Positions 11,698-24,900 of a stretch of DNA of 64,000 nucleotides are shown piece after piece (within the stretch, counting starts at the first letter, position 1; the number at the start of each line of letters is the position of its first letter). The translations under genes were made by a program, and so were the position numbers. The notes beneath the pieces were generated by a model that saw only the letters and a list, made by a program, of their open reading frames with translations, was not told the origin of the DNA and did no database searches. Source of the stretch: Cycas panzhihuaensis (Eukaryota > Plantae > Cycadophyta); contig CM041465.1 in NCBI GenBank assembly GCA_023213395.1, forward strand, positions 209,567,741-209,631,740, read 5' to 3'.

Positions 11698-13195
11698 ATG
11701 CAGAGTGGAGAATAACTATGGATACAAAGATGGATGCCATTGCTAAGAATAAAACTTAGGACCTAGTAGAATTACCTCCGAATAAGCCAGTAGTTAATTA
11801 CAAATGGATGTACAAAGTAAAAGAGGGTGCAGATGGAAACATAGAAAAATTCAAGGCAAGACTTGTAGCAAAAAGGTACACCCAGACTGCTAGAATTGAC
11901 TTTAATGAGACTTTTTCACTTATGGTAAAAATGAATACAGTTTGAATGGTGATAACACTAGTAGCCCATAAGAATTGGAAAATCTACTAGATAGATGTTA
12001 AAAGTGCCTTTATGTATGGAGAACTAGAAGAAGAAGTGTATATGCATTAACCTGAAGGCTATGTCTAGTCAGGACAAGAACACCTAATATGTAAACTCAA
12101 AAAGGCACTATATGGATTGAAATAGGTCCCTATAGTGTGGTACACTATACTAGACTAGCATCTATCCCAAAATGGCTTCTAAAGGAGCAACTCAGAGTCA
12201 AGTCTTTACATAAAAAAAAAAATAATAGAACAATTTCAATTATCGTGGTCTATGTTGATGATATGATACTCATTAGAGATGACACCAAGTCTATCTCATA
12301 CATAAAAAGTTAGTTAGAAAAGGATTTTAAAATGACTGACTTGGGTTCTTTGAATTACTATCTAGGAATAGAAATTGAACAAAATGAAAAGCATATTGCA
12401 CTCTCACAAGGCAAGCACATTAAGGATTTATTAACCAAGTTCCAAATAGAGAACTATAATAAATGTGCAACACTGGAAGTAAGCTACAATTTAGTCCCAG
12501 AAGAAGGGGAGACTTTAGTTAATTACACACTTTATAGGCAACTGATCGAAAGTCTTATTTATCTCACTACCACAAGACCTAACATCTCACATTCAGTAGG
12601 TTTGGTTTCCAGATACATGTAGGAGCCTAAGCTAAAATATTAGAAGGTTGTGAAAAGAATACTCAGATGCTTGAAAGGGACAACAGATCTAAAATTGGTA
12701 TACAACAAAGAAGAGTCAACACAACTGATTGGGTACTGCGATTATGACTGGGTAGGTGATAAAGATAGTAAAAGATACACCAGTGGATATTGTTTCTTCC
12801 TTAGGTCAGCTGCCATTTCATGGTGCAGTAAGAAGCAACCCATTATTGCACTTTCTTTAACTAAAGCAGAATATAAATCAGTAGTCAACGTAACTTACAA
12901 GGCTCTCTAGCTCTAACAATTACTAAGAGATATGAACCAACTACAATAGGAACTAACAATACTGCTATGTAATAATCAAAGTGTAATTAAGTTGACCAAA
13001 AACCCTATCCTGCATGCATGAATAATGCACATAGAAGTACATCATCACTTTATCTGAGAAAAGGTGCAAAATAAAGAAATTGATCTAACATATTACTCAA
13101 TAATAGATCAAGTTGTAGATATATTAACAAAATCACTTAGGAGAGAGAAGTTTCAAACTTTTAGAGAAAGATTAGTTTTAAAAAGGATAAAACAT
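11698..13195 (+). pseudogene. Copia A RT-RNase H (3' part)
   Basis: KARLVAK, VYVDDMIL, MTDLGSLNYYLGIEI, GYCDYDWVGDKDSKRYTSGYCF...ISWCSKKQ. Confidence 0.93.
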
Positions 13196-13205
13196 TAAGA
13201 GAGGG

Positions 13206-13408
13206 TGTTAGAATATAATGTTTTATCCTAGGAATATTATTGAAAGGGGGCAATATGTTTAAGACCCTCATTACATTTAATCCATATATTTAATGTTACA
13301 ATCGTGTAATAGTTGTAAAGTCTATCGTATATGAAGGAGGTTTCCCTCCATCAATAATCAAGAGAGTGATTCTATTCTTCCTCACTATTGAGGGTCTAAT
13401 TTTCTACA
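13206..13408 (+). repeat. 3' LTR of copia A
   Basis: Direct repeat of 481-683 following the PPT. Confidence 0.95.
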
Positions 13409-13413
13409 TAAGA

Positions 13414-15000
13414 AAATATAATATTCCCCATCCTAACATTAGGAAATGCATTGGTGTTTTATGCCCACTCCCTACCTACTAACATGCAAAAAAACTAGAG
13501 GCACATCAACTACCATAATAGTAATAGGAGTTACAATATTGGGATAAATGGTTAAAGGTATCATAAGATCTTTTATTTTACCAATAGTTGATGCTAGTAT
13601 AGTATCTAATATAGTGAATTATTATATTGGCTTCATACCCTCTAACCCTAAGGCTTTCATGATAGCATAAGGCATAATATTATATGCAACCTATGTATTT
13701 ACAATACAATTATGGAGTACAAAATCATCATGAATATTTAATAAAATATAAAAAGGAGAATCAATATATCTTTGGGGTAAGCCTACAATAAACATCATTT
13801 TATCTTGAGTTGGTACATTGGCATAAGGGTCTCTACATTGTTGTAACATCTTCATTAGCTTGGATCTTTGATCTAATAACTCGATTGTTGATACTAGGTT
13901 CATTCCAATGGGATGTTTCCTTATCTCTTTTACAATGTCATATTCATTCTCTAACCTCTTATAAAAATCCTTATGATTTCCATTCATATTTACAATTGTA
14001 TTAATATGAGGAGATTTAGGATGAGAATTACCTCTACTTTCCCTAAATGGCATGTTAGCAATACCCAGTATAACAATATTTTGATCTTTATCTTTTACTT
14101 ATTGCCTAGTCAACATAACTAGATTAGGTGAAGGAAGTTCTAATATCTTTATGCCATCAAAAGAAGCTATTGTGCTTGCTATGTTCCCATAATAGGATGG
14201 TGGAGCTTCATCTTAATCATTCTCATAACTATGTGAGTGCCTAAACTAGATGTTATGCTCATTTATTACTATAGTATAAAAATCATCTTCTAGTCCTCTT
14301 TTGGCCTTTTCAACATGAAAATAGTTTGTTGTTCTTTTCCTTTAGCTTATTGTCTTTAATATTAGACTTCATTGTTAAGCTACCTAATTATAACTTGAAA
14401 GTTGCCTCATGTTTGATGAGTTTGTGGTGGGGGTAGAAACTCTCTCCTAGGATTTGATAAGAATGGCAAAGAGTTTTTTCGCCACCTATCCATGCTATTT
14501 TAAAAGAAAGGGCTAGAGCTTTAACTATTTAAAAATTAGTAGGATTATTCAAAATAATTATCATTCTAAGCTCATAGCCAAGACCATCTAAGAACCATTC
14601 CATGAGGATTACTAGTGGAGGTATGCTGGCAACCTCTATCTACTTTAATGTCTTCTCAAACCTATCCATATAATTGGTTGCACATTCCTTTAGACCATTT
14701 TTTAATACTTGATAATTCCTTTGTCAATGTTTCTAAGGTCTTATTGCTACTATACTTTCCCTTGAAATGTTGGAATAAACCATTTTAATTTGTTATTAAA
14801 GTGTTTGATAATATGTAAAATTGGCAGCAACATTCTTTATGAGAGAATGCACAAATAATTTGATAGCCAAGTTGGCCTTTGTAATATTAAAGTTTATGCG
14901 TATATGAGAGAACTTCTCAATGTGTTATTTTGTAGTAAGACTTTTATCTCCATTGAACTTAGGATAGGTCTCCAAGACCTTATTTGAAATGTTAAGTTGT
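13414..15000 (-). pseudogene. gag and aspartic protease remnant of the Tat-like gypsy element that hosts copia A
   Basis: ORF 13691-14053 ends PFYILLNIHDDFVLHNCIVNT (protease lead-in), followed by YNIMPYAIMKALGL; gag-like PKFNGDK...HIEKF near 14900-14970. Confidence 0.7.
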
Positions 15001-15739
15001 TGGCCCTATAAAACTAAAAGACTATTATGAATCTAAGGAACATAATTGCCTTAATTTTGTTGGCCTTTAATAGCCATGCTTGGTGAACTACTTGATGAAC
15101 TTTGAAATTTAAGTGTAAGACTTTTAGATTCAAAAGATTTAGGCTTAGATGAATAAGCCTCTTCTTCTTTAATATCACTAAGGCTAGTAACCATCCTTGA
15201 TATGGTTTCCTAATGATAATTTTATAATTGTTATTCAAACAAATCCTAAGCTCTAAACTAATAGATGTATTGGTTAATTAATGATTCAACCACCTTAAAA
15301 AAATATTGAAAAACCTATCCATTTATACAATAATGATACATCAAGCAAACAAATATTATTTAGTGAAGATCTTCCTTGGTATGGTCACCAATTTTATTGA
15401 CCTTAGTTATTGTACCACAAAAAATGAATAAATAACAAGACCTCATTTGTAAACTATTTAATAGACCAAATGTATAAAAATAGGGAGACAATTGCTAAAT
15501 GTTTACCCAATATCCTATTAAATATCTAGGTAAATGCATACAAAAACTAATATATAATATTTACAAGAAAAAATAATTTATTATAAATGTTTTGTAAACA
15601 TTTTATCCCTTCTTTAGTATTTTCTATTTTTAGAAGAAAAACTAAATAAAGAAGTATAATAAATTAAAAAAATGATCAAAGCAAGTTGTTAAATACTACC
15701 ACCATTCCTAGTCTCATGGAAATAAAGGTGGTGTTATTG

Positions 15740-17152
15740 TGTAAGAGTTACTAGTTAGGCTAGGCAACTTCTTAAGCCACAACATAATTTGCTCAACAAC
15801 ATATAAAATTTTACACTGAATACACCTAACACAAGCTTGTGAACTACCAAGTAAGAATTTCTTGATAAACAATAAATCACAAACACTAAAGAACCAAATT
15901 CTATGCTTTTAATTCATCAAGAAGGTAGAGATTTAAACCAAATACATATCAAAGCCAAAATATACAAAGAATATAAATTTGATTAAAGCTCTAAATATGC
16001 CAAATTGCTTGCAGGGGTCTATTCCATAAAACATTCAAATGTATAACAATGTTGAGCTTCAAATAAAGTGAAAGATTAGATAACATTGACCAAATACATT
16101 CTCACACATAAAAAAAGAAAGAAATATATAATAAAAAGAGATGAAAGATCTAGAGCCTTGATTATAAATTGAAAAGCCAAGTTTCTAATTGTGGAACCCT
16201 TCTATCTTTAAAGTTATATCTTTTAATGATAAATTTGTAATATAATAATCACCCCTCTATAAGATCATTCTTTTAACTATAACTAGATAAGAATTATGTA
16301 TTCAAATGCCCAAAAATCTTTGAGATCACACCTTATTAATTTGGGATGATCAAATGGTTGCCATATATCAAAAGTTAAGCAGTGATATGGGTATTAGCCA
16401 TCATCACTGTGACTACTTGAGTTGATTTCTCTTATCTCTCCTAGCTATTAAATGCTTAATTTTATATGAATGAGGATCCATTGGAGATATGGTTAAGGTG
16501 GGCAACTAAAATCCTTATCTTTAGTTATTTAGTAGCCATTTTGTCCTTTTTCTAGTATACAACTAAGATGGCATCTTGTTTGGATAAATGACAGTAAAAA
16601 TAAGCTTAAAAAATAATATGATTTGATGCTTATCATATTCATAGGTGTTCAACAGTAAGTAAAAATTAAAAATTTGGTTCCCTAATGCCAGTCAATAAGT
16701 CTCTAGTTCATCCACCATGCTTTCCACACTCAAAATATTTGTAGAAATGCTTCAAAGAGTGTTTTAGGAGCTTTTGTATAAGTTTGGTGAAGCATAAAAT
16801 ACCCTCTATGTATTATACTATGAATGGTGAATGATATCCTTTACAAGGATTTCATGTGAAAAGAAAGCTAATGTGTTTAATAGGTCCTATAGTGCTTTAA
16901 ATCTTCTATTATGTGTGTTTTGAAATCTCAAAATCAAAGGAACATGAGCAGCCTCAAAATTTGTCCATTTGCATGGATGTAGGTGATATAATGTAAAGGC
17001 TTTGTACTATCCCTTACATTTTGTGGTCACAATGTTGGGTCAATTTCCTTTATAAAGCCTTCTCTAGAATCTCGTAAATAAGTACTTAATTATCCTTCAA
17101 TCATATTTTCACTTGCAAAAACACGAAATCTCATTTGTAAAAGACTCTAACA
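15740..17152 (-). repeat. ~1.4-kb LTR (3' LTR of a minus-strand element, mostly deleted)
   Basis: Terminal inverted repeats tgtaagagt / actctaaca; reverse PPT cccccta immediately to the right (17153-17159). Confidence 0.6.
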
Positions 17153-17320
17153 CCCCCTAAAATATAAATTATCACATTAAGATATATTTACTTTGGAAAT
17201 ATTATATTAGAAGTGTCTTGATTTAATGTAACACTAACACCATAATCCCCCATTATATTTATGACAAAGTACATAACTAATAATATCTACATATAAGTTT
17301 TCATTATAATTTTCTTTAGT

Positions 17321-18749
17321 TAGTCAAGAAAAAAGCCTAATAGCAAGCATGTGATCACTTGAAAATGGATCATAAGACTAAGTTTAAATCTACTAAATCT
17401 ATAGACAAATATAAACCTTGACTTATAATGAAAGGCTTCGAGGAGTAAGAAGGGATCAACTGCCAAGAAACATTCACTCTTACTACAAAGATGAATACCA
17501 TTCATCTTATTATGGAAATGGTTGCACAATTCAATTGGTAACTTCACTAGATGGATGTGAAAAGTACATTTTTGAATAAAAATCCAAATGAAAAAGTTTA
17601 CATGGAGCAATGACCTGTCTTTGTTGAAAAAGGTCATGAACACTTATTATGTTAACTCAAGAAGGCCTTTTATAGCTTGAAATAGGCTCCTAGAGCCTAG
17701 TATAATAAGATTACTTAATATTTTCTTAATAATAAGTTTGAGAGATCTTCAACTGACTCAAATCTATTTATCAAAGTAGAAAATGATAAAATTATATTTG
17801 TGGTGTTGTACATTGACAATTTGCTAATCACAAGTAATGATATCAATATGATACAAACCTTGAAGCCAAATCTTAATCATTTCTTTTGATAAATCTAAAA
17901 ATTTTACACTACTTAGAGTGAAAGCATGACAAAGGCCTTAACATATCTTCATCTCATAAGTAAAATATACTTAGGAAAATTTAAAAAAATTCAAAATAGA
18001 TCATTATAAACTTACAAATACCCTTATGGAGATAGGTTCCAGATTAACAATAGAAGATAGTGGAGTGGATGTTGATCTAACATTATACAAATAAATGGTG
18101 GGAAGTCTAATATACATTATTACTACTAGACTTGATATTTCATTTGTAGTTAAAATGGTATCCATGTATATGGTAATGCTAAAATAGATTTGTTGGAAAG
18201 TTGTAAAGAAAATTCTTAAATACTTGAAAGGGACAACTTAATACAGACTTGAATTTAAGTATAATTATAATTTCAAGTTAATGGGATTTATAGATTCTGA
18301 TTTAGTGAGATGTACAGATAGTAGAAGGTTGACTTTTAGATACCATTTTAGTTTGGGTTCACCTACTATGATTTAGAGCAATAAAATGCAATAAAATGTT
18401 ACTTTATCTTCAACTAAAGTAAAGTATAAGGTTGCAATTGCAACCACTACTAAAGCCAATTAGTTATGATAAATTTAGGAGGGCATGGAACTATCATAAT
18501 TAGAACTAACTATCTTGTATTGTGACAAATAAGGTACAATAAAAATTATAAAATATCTTGTATTCCTTATTTACACTAGATATATTGAGGTGCATTATTA
18601 TTTTATTCAAGAATTAATTCAATAAAGTGTACACGGTAATAAAAGAACAACTAGATGACATCTTCATGAAACCATTAGCACATGATAGATTCAAGATTAA
18701 TAGGTATAGTTTAGGTGTTAAGACAAAAAAAAAAAACATTAAGGGGGAG
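17321..18749 (+). pseudogene. Heavily decayed copia RT-RNase H fragment plus PPT (copy 1)
   Basis: KWI..K.K...DKYK, MDVKSTFL, KKAFYSLK*APRA, GFIDSDLV; PPT attaagggggag, then LTR 18750-~19058. Confidence 0.85.
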
Positions 18750-19260
18750 TGTTGACATTTACCATTTATTAATGGAGCCTCCTCTTTATTCTTTATCTTA
18801 TATTAGTTGTTAGTATTTTAATGTTTATGTATGTTGGTAAGTCATTAGGGGTGATAACTCTTATCTCATATGTGTCAATTAATTAGGATCAATATTCCAT
18901 TTTGGAGTTGTATTTATGCATATATTATGCATTACAAAAATGTAATAAGAGATAATTATAGAATAAGATTTGTATCATATTACGAAATTAATTTTCACTA
19001 AATGATATAATTAATCCTTCTATTTTTGGATCTCCATTGAATGTTTGAATACTTTACATGAAAGCCATGGCTTATTTAGATCATCATATAATTATTATTG
19101 TGCATGCACTCCTACCAATATGAGAACATTCAATTAAGATTTTATGTATTGCTAGATCTTTAGCTCCCTAATGATTTGGTATAATGAACACAAAAATAAT
19201 CATAGTGGTAAAAAGAAAACTTATAGAAATAAAAATAAAATTACATAGGTGTATTGACTA

Positions 19261-20584
19261 TGTAAGGGGGATTTGCTTCTCCTACTCAATATAAGACCTA
19301 GATTGAAGGAACACCTAAGGAGAAATAGGTAAATCTTATGCTATAAATACCATGTATCCTATGTGTGATGAAAGTGTAGGAATATTTATAATGAGGAAGT
19401 GTTCTTGTCTTGTGGTATAAAGACATGTTTCTTCTTTTCTTTTGTCAAAAATAATCAAACAAAGTATAAAAGAGGATCTTATTGAATTTGTTACTTGATA
19501 TGTGCATCATTATTGAAATATTTGTGACTCCTTTTCATTCTTCTACTTGTAAGACAATATCACAAAGAGAGCTACGAAACACCTATTATTCTTTTAGAGA
19601 AAATCAAATCTCAAACAAGAAAGGAGATCAAGAGTTTCTTCATCTAGCGATGAGATTTTATATAAATTATGCTAACAATCACTTATCAAGTCCTCTAAAG
19701 CAATAAAATAAGCAAGCAAGAAGATAAGAAAAAAGTTGAAAGAGTGTAAGAACAAAATAAAATCAAATAAATAAATATGAGAGAGACCAAACAAAATAGA
19801 TTGATATGAATGGAAGATGATGTTAACTCTATAATAATAATGATTAAAATGATAAAGACTATCTTATTTGAGTGTTAGCAAGTAGGGGATATAGATGGCA
19901 TGAAGTGGTATTAAAATTATTTATAAGTGTAAGAATGACCTAAATCATGAATACATAAAGGTATTTATAGTATAATGAAGAGGGGTGAAGAGAGAATAAA
20001 TCTCAAAACATATCATGAAGTTAGATTTTTAGACAAATAAGTAATAATTATACTTTTTGAAGGGATTATTATGAATTCAACCTCAAACACCATAAAATTA
20101 GACCAATGGAGGAATATGAAAATGTAAAAATGACATAACTTTCTTATATAGTGTCCATTTTCAAGTCATGGCAATTTCTTTTATATTTACTTAATGAGAT
20201 AGATATAATGGGCTATGTTAAAGAAGTAATTAGATATAGATTAAGGTTAAAAATGCAAACGAAATAAAATATGAATGAAAAATAATAGAGAGAAATATTA
20301 CAATGGAGGAAAAAGTGATTATCCTAGGCATTGACTCAATTTGTTGTACCTCCATAGCATAGCCTATTATTTGAGACATTATTAGCATATGAGAAATGCA
20401 TATGCATAAGAAAATCAAACAAATACTCATTCAAATGCAATATCAGATAAGTGCTAAGTAAATATAAGCAATCAAATATAACATCAAACAAATGATAACT
20501 AGTAAATATATATCTAATATGAGAGAAAAGAATTATAACTGAGGTTCTTAGATTTTAGGTAAGAGACCCAAAGTTGAGAAAATA
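19261..20584 (-). repeat. ~1.3-kb gypsy-type LTR copy
   Basis: Alignable with 25169-26512 and 30927-32547, and in inverted orientation with pieces between 32770 and 43480; no TSD recognised. Confidence 0.6.
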
Positions 20585-21975
20585 ATTTGTTTCCCTTAAT
20601 AATGGAGCTTAATAGAGCTCATGCTATATAGAGTAAACATTGCCAAAATCATATCTTACATATATATATATATAAAATTTTACCAATATTCTATATCTTG
20701 TCAATGTTTTATATGAGCGTGGCATATTGGAAATGAAATTCATAATATTTGATTTTACAATTTTGTGAGTGTGGCAAAGCTGAATAATGTTACACTAAAT
20801 GCAACACTACTAGTGTGATCTGAAGTGATTAAAGTAGGTATAAAAGAACTGGGATTTCCTTAAATTTCTCCCAAAGGTATGAGTAAATAATATCATAAAA
20901 ATATAAATAATAATATGAGAGTTATATTAGAAAGAACAATATAATGGATGAGGGAGCGTATGAGAATCAATTAATAAAGAGAATACTATGGTAATTCTGA
21001 TAAAAATTAACTTAAGATATGACATCCAAGAATGGTGATTTCAATGTCTCACTCTATCTAGCAATAACTTCTCTTTTATACACATCAATCAAGCCTATAA
21101 TATAGTGAATAACAAAATGAAACTATGTGAACCATCAACTGCTAAACTCGTAGGTCAAAATTATGTATATATGAGGTCAAATAGTGGTTGACCATTTAAT
21201 GAATAATATGATGAAACTCATAAACTAATCTTTATTGAACCCATTGATATGTTGAAAAATGTGACTCAAATTTTTTTTTCTCTTTTTTTAAAAAATTAAA
21301 TTTTATAATTTTCATTTTTTTTCTATTATATAAATCTATAGTTTAGTAAATGGTTATATGAGATCGAAGAAATTGAACTATCATTAAACCTATAAATAGG
21401 ATGATAACTTCGTCTCATTTAATATAGGAGAATTATGATATGAGTTATCCTCAAGTGTAAGTGAGGAGAAATCAATCATTTTACAAATGTCTACTTGGTT
21501 GTATGTGTATTAACATAACACGAAGCTAAACATAACCAAAGTATTACCTAGTTAAACCAAGCTATAAGTAATTAAGAAGTGTGCTAATCAAATGTAATCT
21601 CAAATTTTAATTGGGTTTACTAATATATGCATGTGAAATAAATATTAGCATATTAATAAGTAGCCCAATCAATCTTATATTATAGGGATTATGAGAGATC
21701 ACATTGGTATATGTAGTAAGAGTGAAGGAATGCCAAACCAATGTATAAAAATATAGACACATGTGACTTACCATAGTTTAAGCTCCTTAGTAATTAGGTT
21801 TTTAAAGCCATAGTTTATACTCATTATAGAGTTAGTAGTATAAAGAAATCTTAAACAATGAACCTTATTCCTATGCTTAAATTGGGAAAATATTCTTTAG
21901 ATAGAATAATTTGCTTATAACTAAGCAAAGGATTTACTTCTTAGGAAGATATAGAATAATGTTTGAAAATTAGAC

Positions 21976-24900
21976 GTATAACAATGTTTAGCTTAAAATA
22001 AAGTGAAAGATCAGACAACACTGACCAAATACATTCATACACACACAAAAATAAAGAAATATAAAAAAAGAGAGATGAAAGATCTAGAGCCTCAATTATA
22101 AATTGAAAGGCCAAGTCTATAATCGTGGAACCCTTCTATCTTCAAAGTTATGCCTTTTAATGATAAATCTCTAGTGTAATAATCACCCCTCTATAAGATC
22201 ATTCTATTAACTATGACTAGACAAGAATTATGTATTCAAATGGCCAAAAATCTATGAGATCACACCCTATTGATTTGGGATGATTAAATGGTGTCCATAT
22301 ATTAAAAGGCAAGCAGTGATATGGGCATTAACCATCATCATTGTAACTATTTGGGTTGATTTCTCTTATCTCTCCTAGCTACTAAATGTTTAGTTTTATA
22401 CGAGTGAGGATCCATTGGAGATATGGTTAAGGCGGGCAACTAAAATCCTTTTCTTTAGTTACTTGCTAGCCATTTTGTCCCTTTTCTGGTATACAACTGA
22501 GATGGCATCTTATTTGGATAAATGATAGTAAAAATAAGCATAAAAATTTGTATAATTTAATGCTTATCATGTTCCTAGGTGTTCAACAGTGAGTAAAAGG
22601 TAAAAATTTAGTTCACTAATGCTAGTCAACTAGTCTTTAGTTCATCCACCATGCTTTCTACGCTTAAAATGTTTATAAAAGTTCTTCAAAGAGTGTTTTA
22701 GGAGCTTTTGTATAAGTTTGGCAAAGTATTAAATGCCCTCCATGTATTACATTATGAATGGTGAATTATATCCTTTATAAGGATTCCATGTGAGAAGAAA
22801 GCTGATGTGTTTAGTGGGTCCCATAACACTTTAAATCTTTTGTTATGTATGTTTTGAAATCTCAGAATCAAAGAAATGTGAGTAGCCTCAAAATTTATCC
22901 ATTTGTATGGATGTAGGTGATATAATACAAAGGCTTTATATTATCCCTCACATTTTGTGGTCATGATGTTGGGTCGATTTCCTTTGTAGAGCCTTCATCA
23001 GAATCTCATAAATGAGTACTTAAGTTTCCTTCAATCACATTTTCACTTGCAAAAATACGAAATATCATTTGTAGAAGACTCTCACCCCCTAAAATATAAA
23101 CTACCATATTAAGATATGTTTACTTTAGAAATATTATGTTGGAAGTGTCTTGATCTAATAGAACACTAACACCATAATCCCCCATTATATTAACGACAAA
23201 GTACATGGCAAATCATATTTGCATATAAGTTTTCATTATAATTTTTTTAAGCTAGTCAAGGAAAAAAGTGTAATAGTAAGCATGCAATCAATAAAAAATG
23301 GATCATAATACTAAGTTCAAATCTAATGGATTCATAGACAGATATAAAGCTTGAATTATAGCAAAAGGCTTTGAGGAGTAGGAAGATATCAACTACCAAG
23401 AAACATTCACTCTTACTACAAAGATGAATATCATTCATCTTATTATTGCAATGGCTATATAATTCAATTAGTAACTTCACTAGATGGATGTGAAAAACAC
23501 ATTTTTGAATAGAAATCTAAATGAAAAAGTGTAGAAAGAGTAACAACTTATCTTTGTTGAAAAAGGTCATGAACACTTATTATGTTAACTTAAGAAGGCT
23601 TTGTATAGCTTGAAATAGGCTCCTAAAGCCTAGTATAAAAAGATTAATCAATATTTTCAAAATAATAAATATGAGAGATCTCCAATTGACTCAAATCTAT
23701 ATATCAAAGTAGAAAATAATAAAATTATATTTATGGTATTGTATGTTGATAATCTACTAATCACACATAATGATATCAATATGATATAAAATTTAAAGTC
23801 AAATCTTAGTCATTTATTCTGATAAATCTAAGAATTTTACACTACTTAGAGTGAAAGTATGATAAAGGCCTTAATATATCTTCATCTCATAGGGAAAATA
23901 TACTTAGAAAATTCCAAAGAAATTTAGAATAGATCATTGTAAACCTATAACTACCCCTATGGAGATAGGTTCCAGATTAATAATAGAAGATAGCAGAGTA
24001 GATGTTGATCTAACATTGTACAAATAATTGGTGAGAAGTCTAATATACCTTATTACTATGGTATCCAGGTATATGGTAATGATAAAATAAAGTTGTTGGA
24101 AAGCTATAAAAAAAATTCTTAAATACTTAAAAGGGATAACTTAATATAGACTTGAATTTAAGTATCATTATAATTTTAAGTTAACAAGATTTATAGATTC
24201 TAATTCAGTGAGATGTTCAAATAGTAGTAGTAGAAGGTTAACTTCTAGATACCATTTTAGTTTGGGTTTAACTACTATGATTTAGAGTAATAAAAAGTAA
24301 TCAAATGTTACTTCATCTTCAATTAAAGTAGAGTATAAGGTTGTAATCATAACCACTACTAAAGCCAGGTACTTACGATAAATTTTGGAGGACATGGAAT
24401 TATCATAATTAGAACTAACTATCTTATATTGTGATAAATAAGGTATGTTAAAAATTCTAAAAAAAATGCATTCCTTACTTACACTAGACATATTGAGGTG
24501 TATTATCATTTTATTCAATAATTAATTCAATAAAGTATATAGGGTAATAGAAGAACAATTAGATGACATCTTCACCAAACCATTGGCACGTGATAGATTT
24601 GAGACTTTTAAGTATAGTTTAGGTGTTAAAACAAATAAACTAAATATTAAGGGGGAGTGTTAACATCTAATATTTATTTATGGAGCCTCCCATTTATTAT
24701 GTCTTATATTAGTTTTTAATATTTTAATGTTTGTATGAGTTGGTGAGTCATTGGGGGTTATAACTCTCACCTCATATGTGTTAATTAATTAAGATCAATA
24801 TTCCATTTTGGAGTTGTCTTTATGCATATATTATGCATTATCAAAATGTAATTAGAGATGATTATATAATAATATTTGTATTATATTTTAAAATTAATTT

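Larger units (their letters stand above)
481..13408 (+). mobile_element. Ty1/copia LTR retrotransposon A, decayed, with nested insertion at 3804-11692
   Basis: 203-bp LTRs at 481-683 and 13206-13408 (TG...CA), PBS tggtattagagc 684-695, PPT attaagagaggg 13194-13205, TSD taagg/taaga, domain order gag-PR-INT-RT-RH. Confidence 0.95.
16041..21956 (+). repeat. Tandem segmental duplication, unit 1 (~5.9 kb)
   Basis: Colinear with 21976-27868 from gtataacaatgtt to ttaggaagat.tagaa; 19-bp spacer at 21957-21975. Confidence 0.95.

Noticed and set aside
17320-17643. Antisense ORFs over RT regions (also 1790-2083, 8995-9300, 23256-23480, 58864-59118)
   Set aside because: These are shadow frames of gag-pol remnants.
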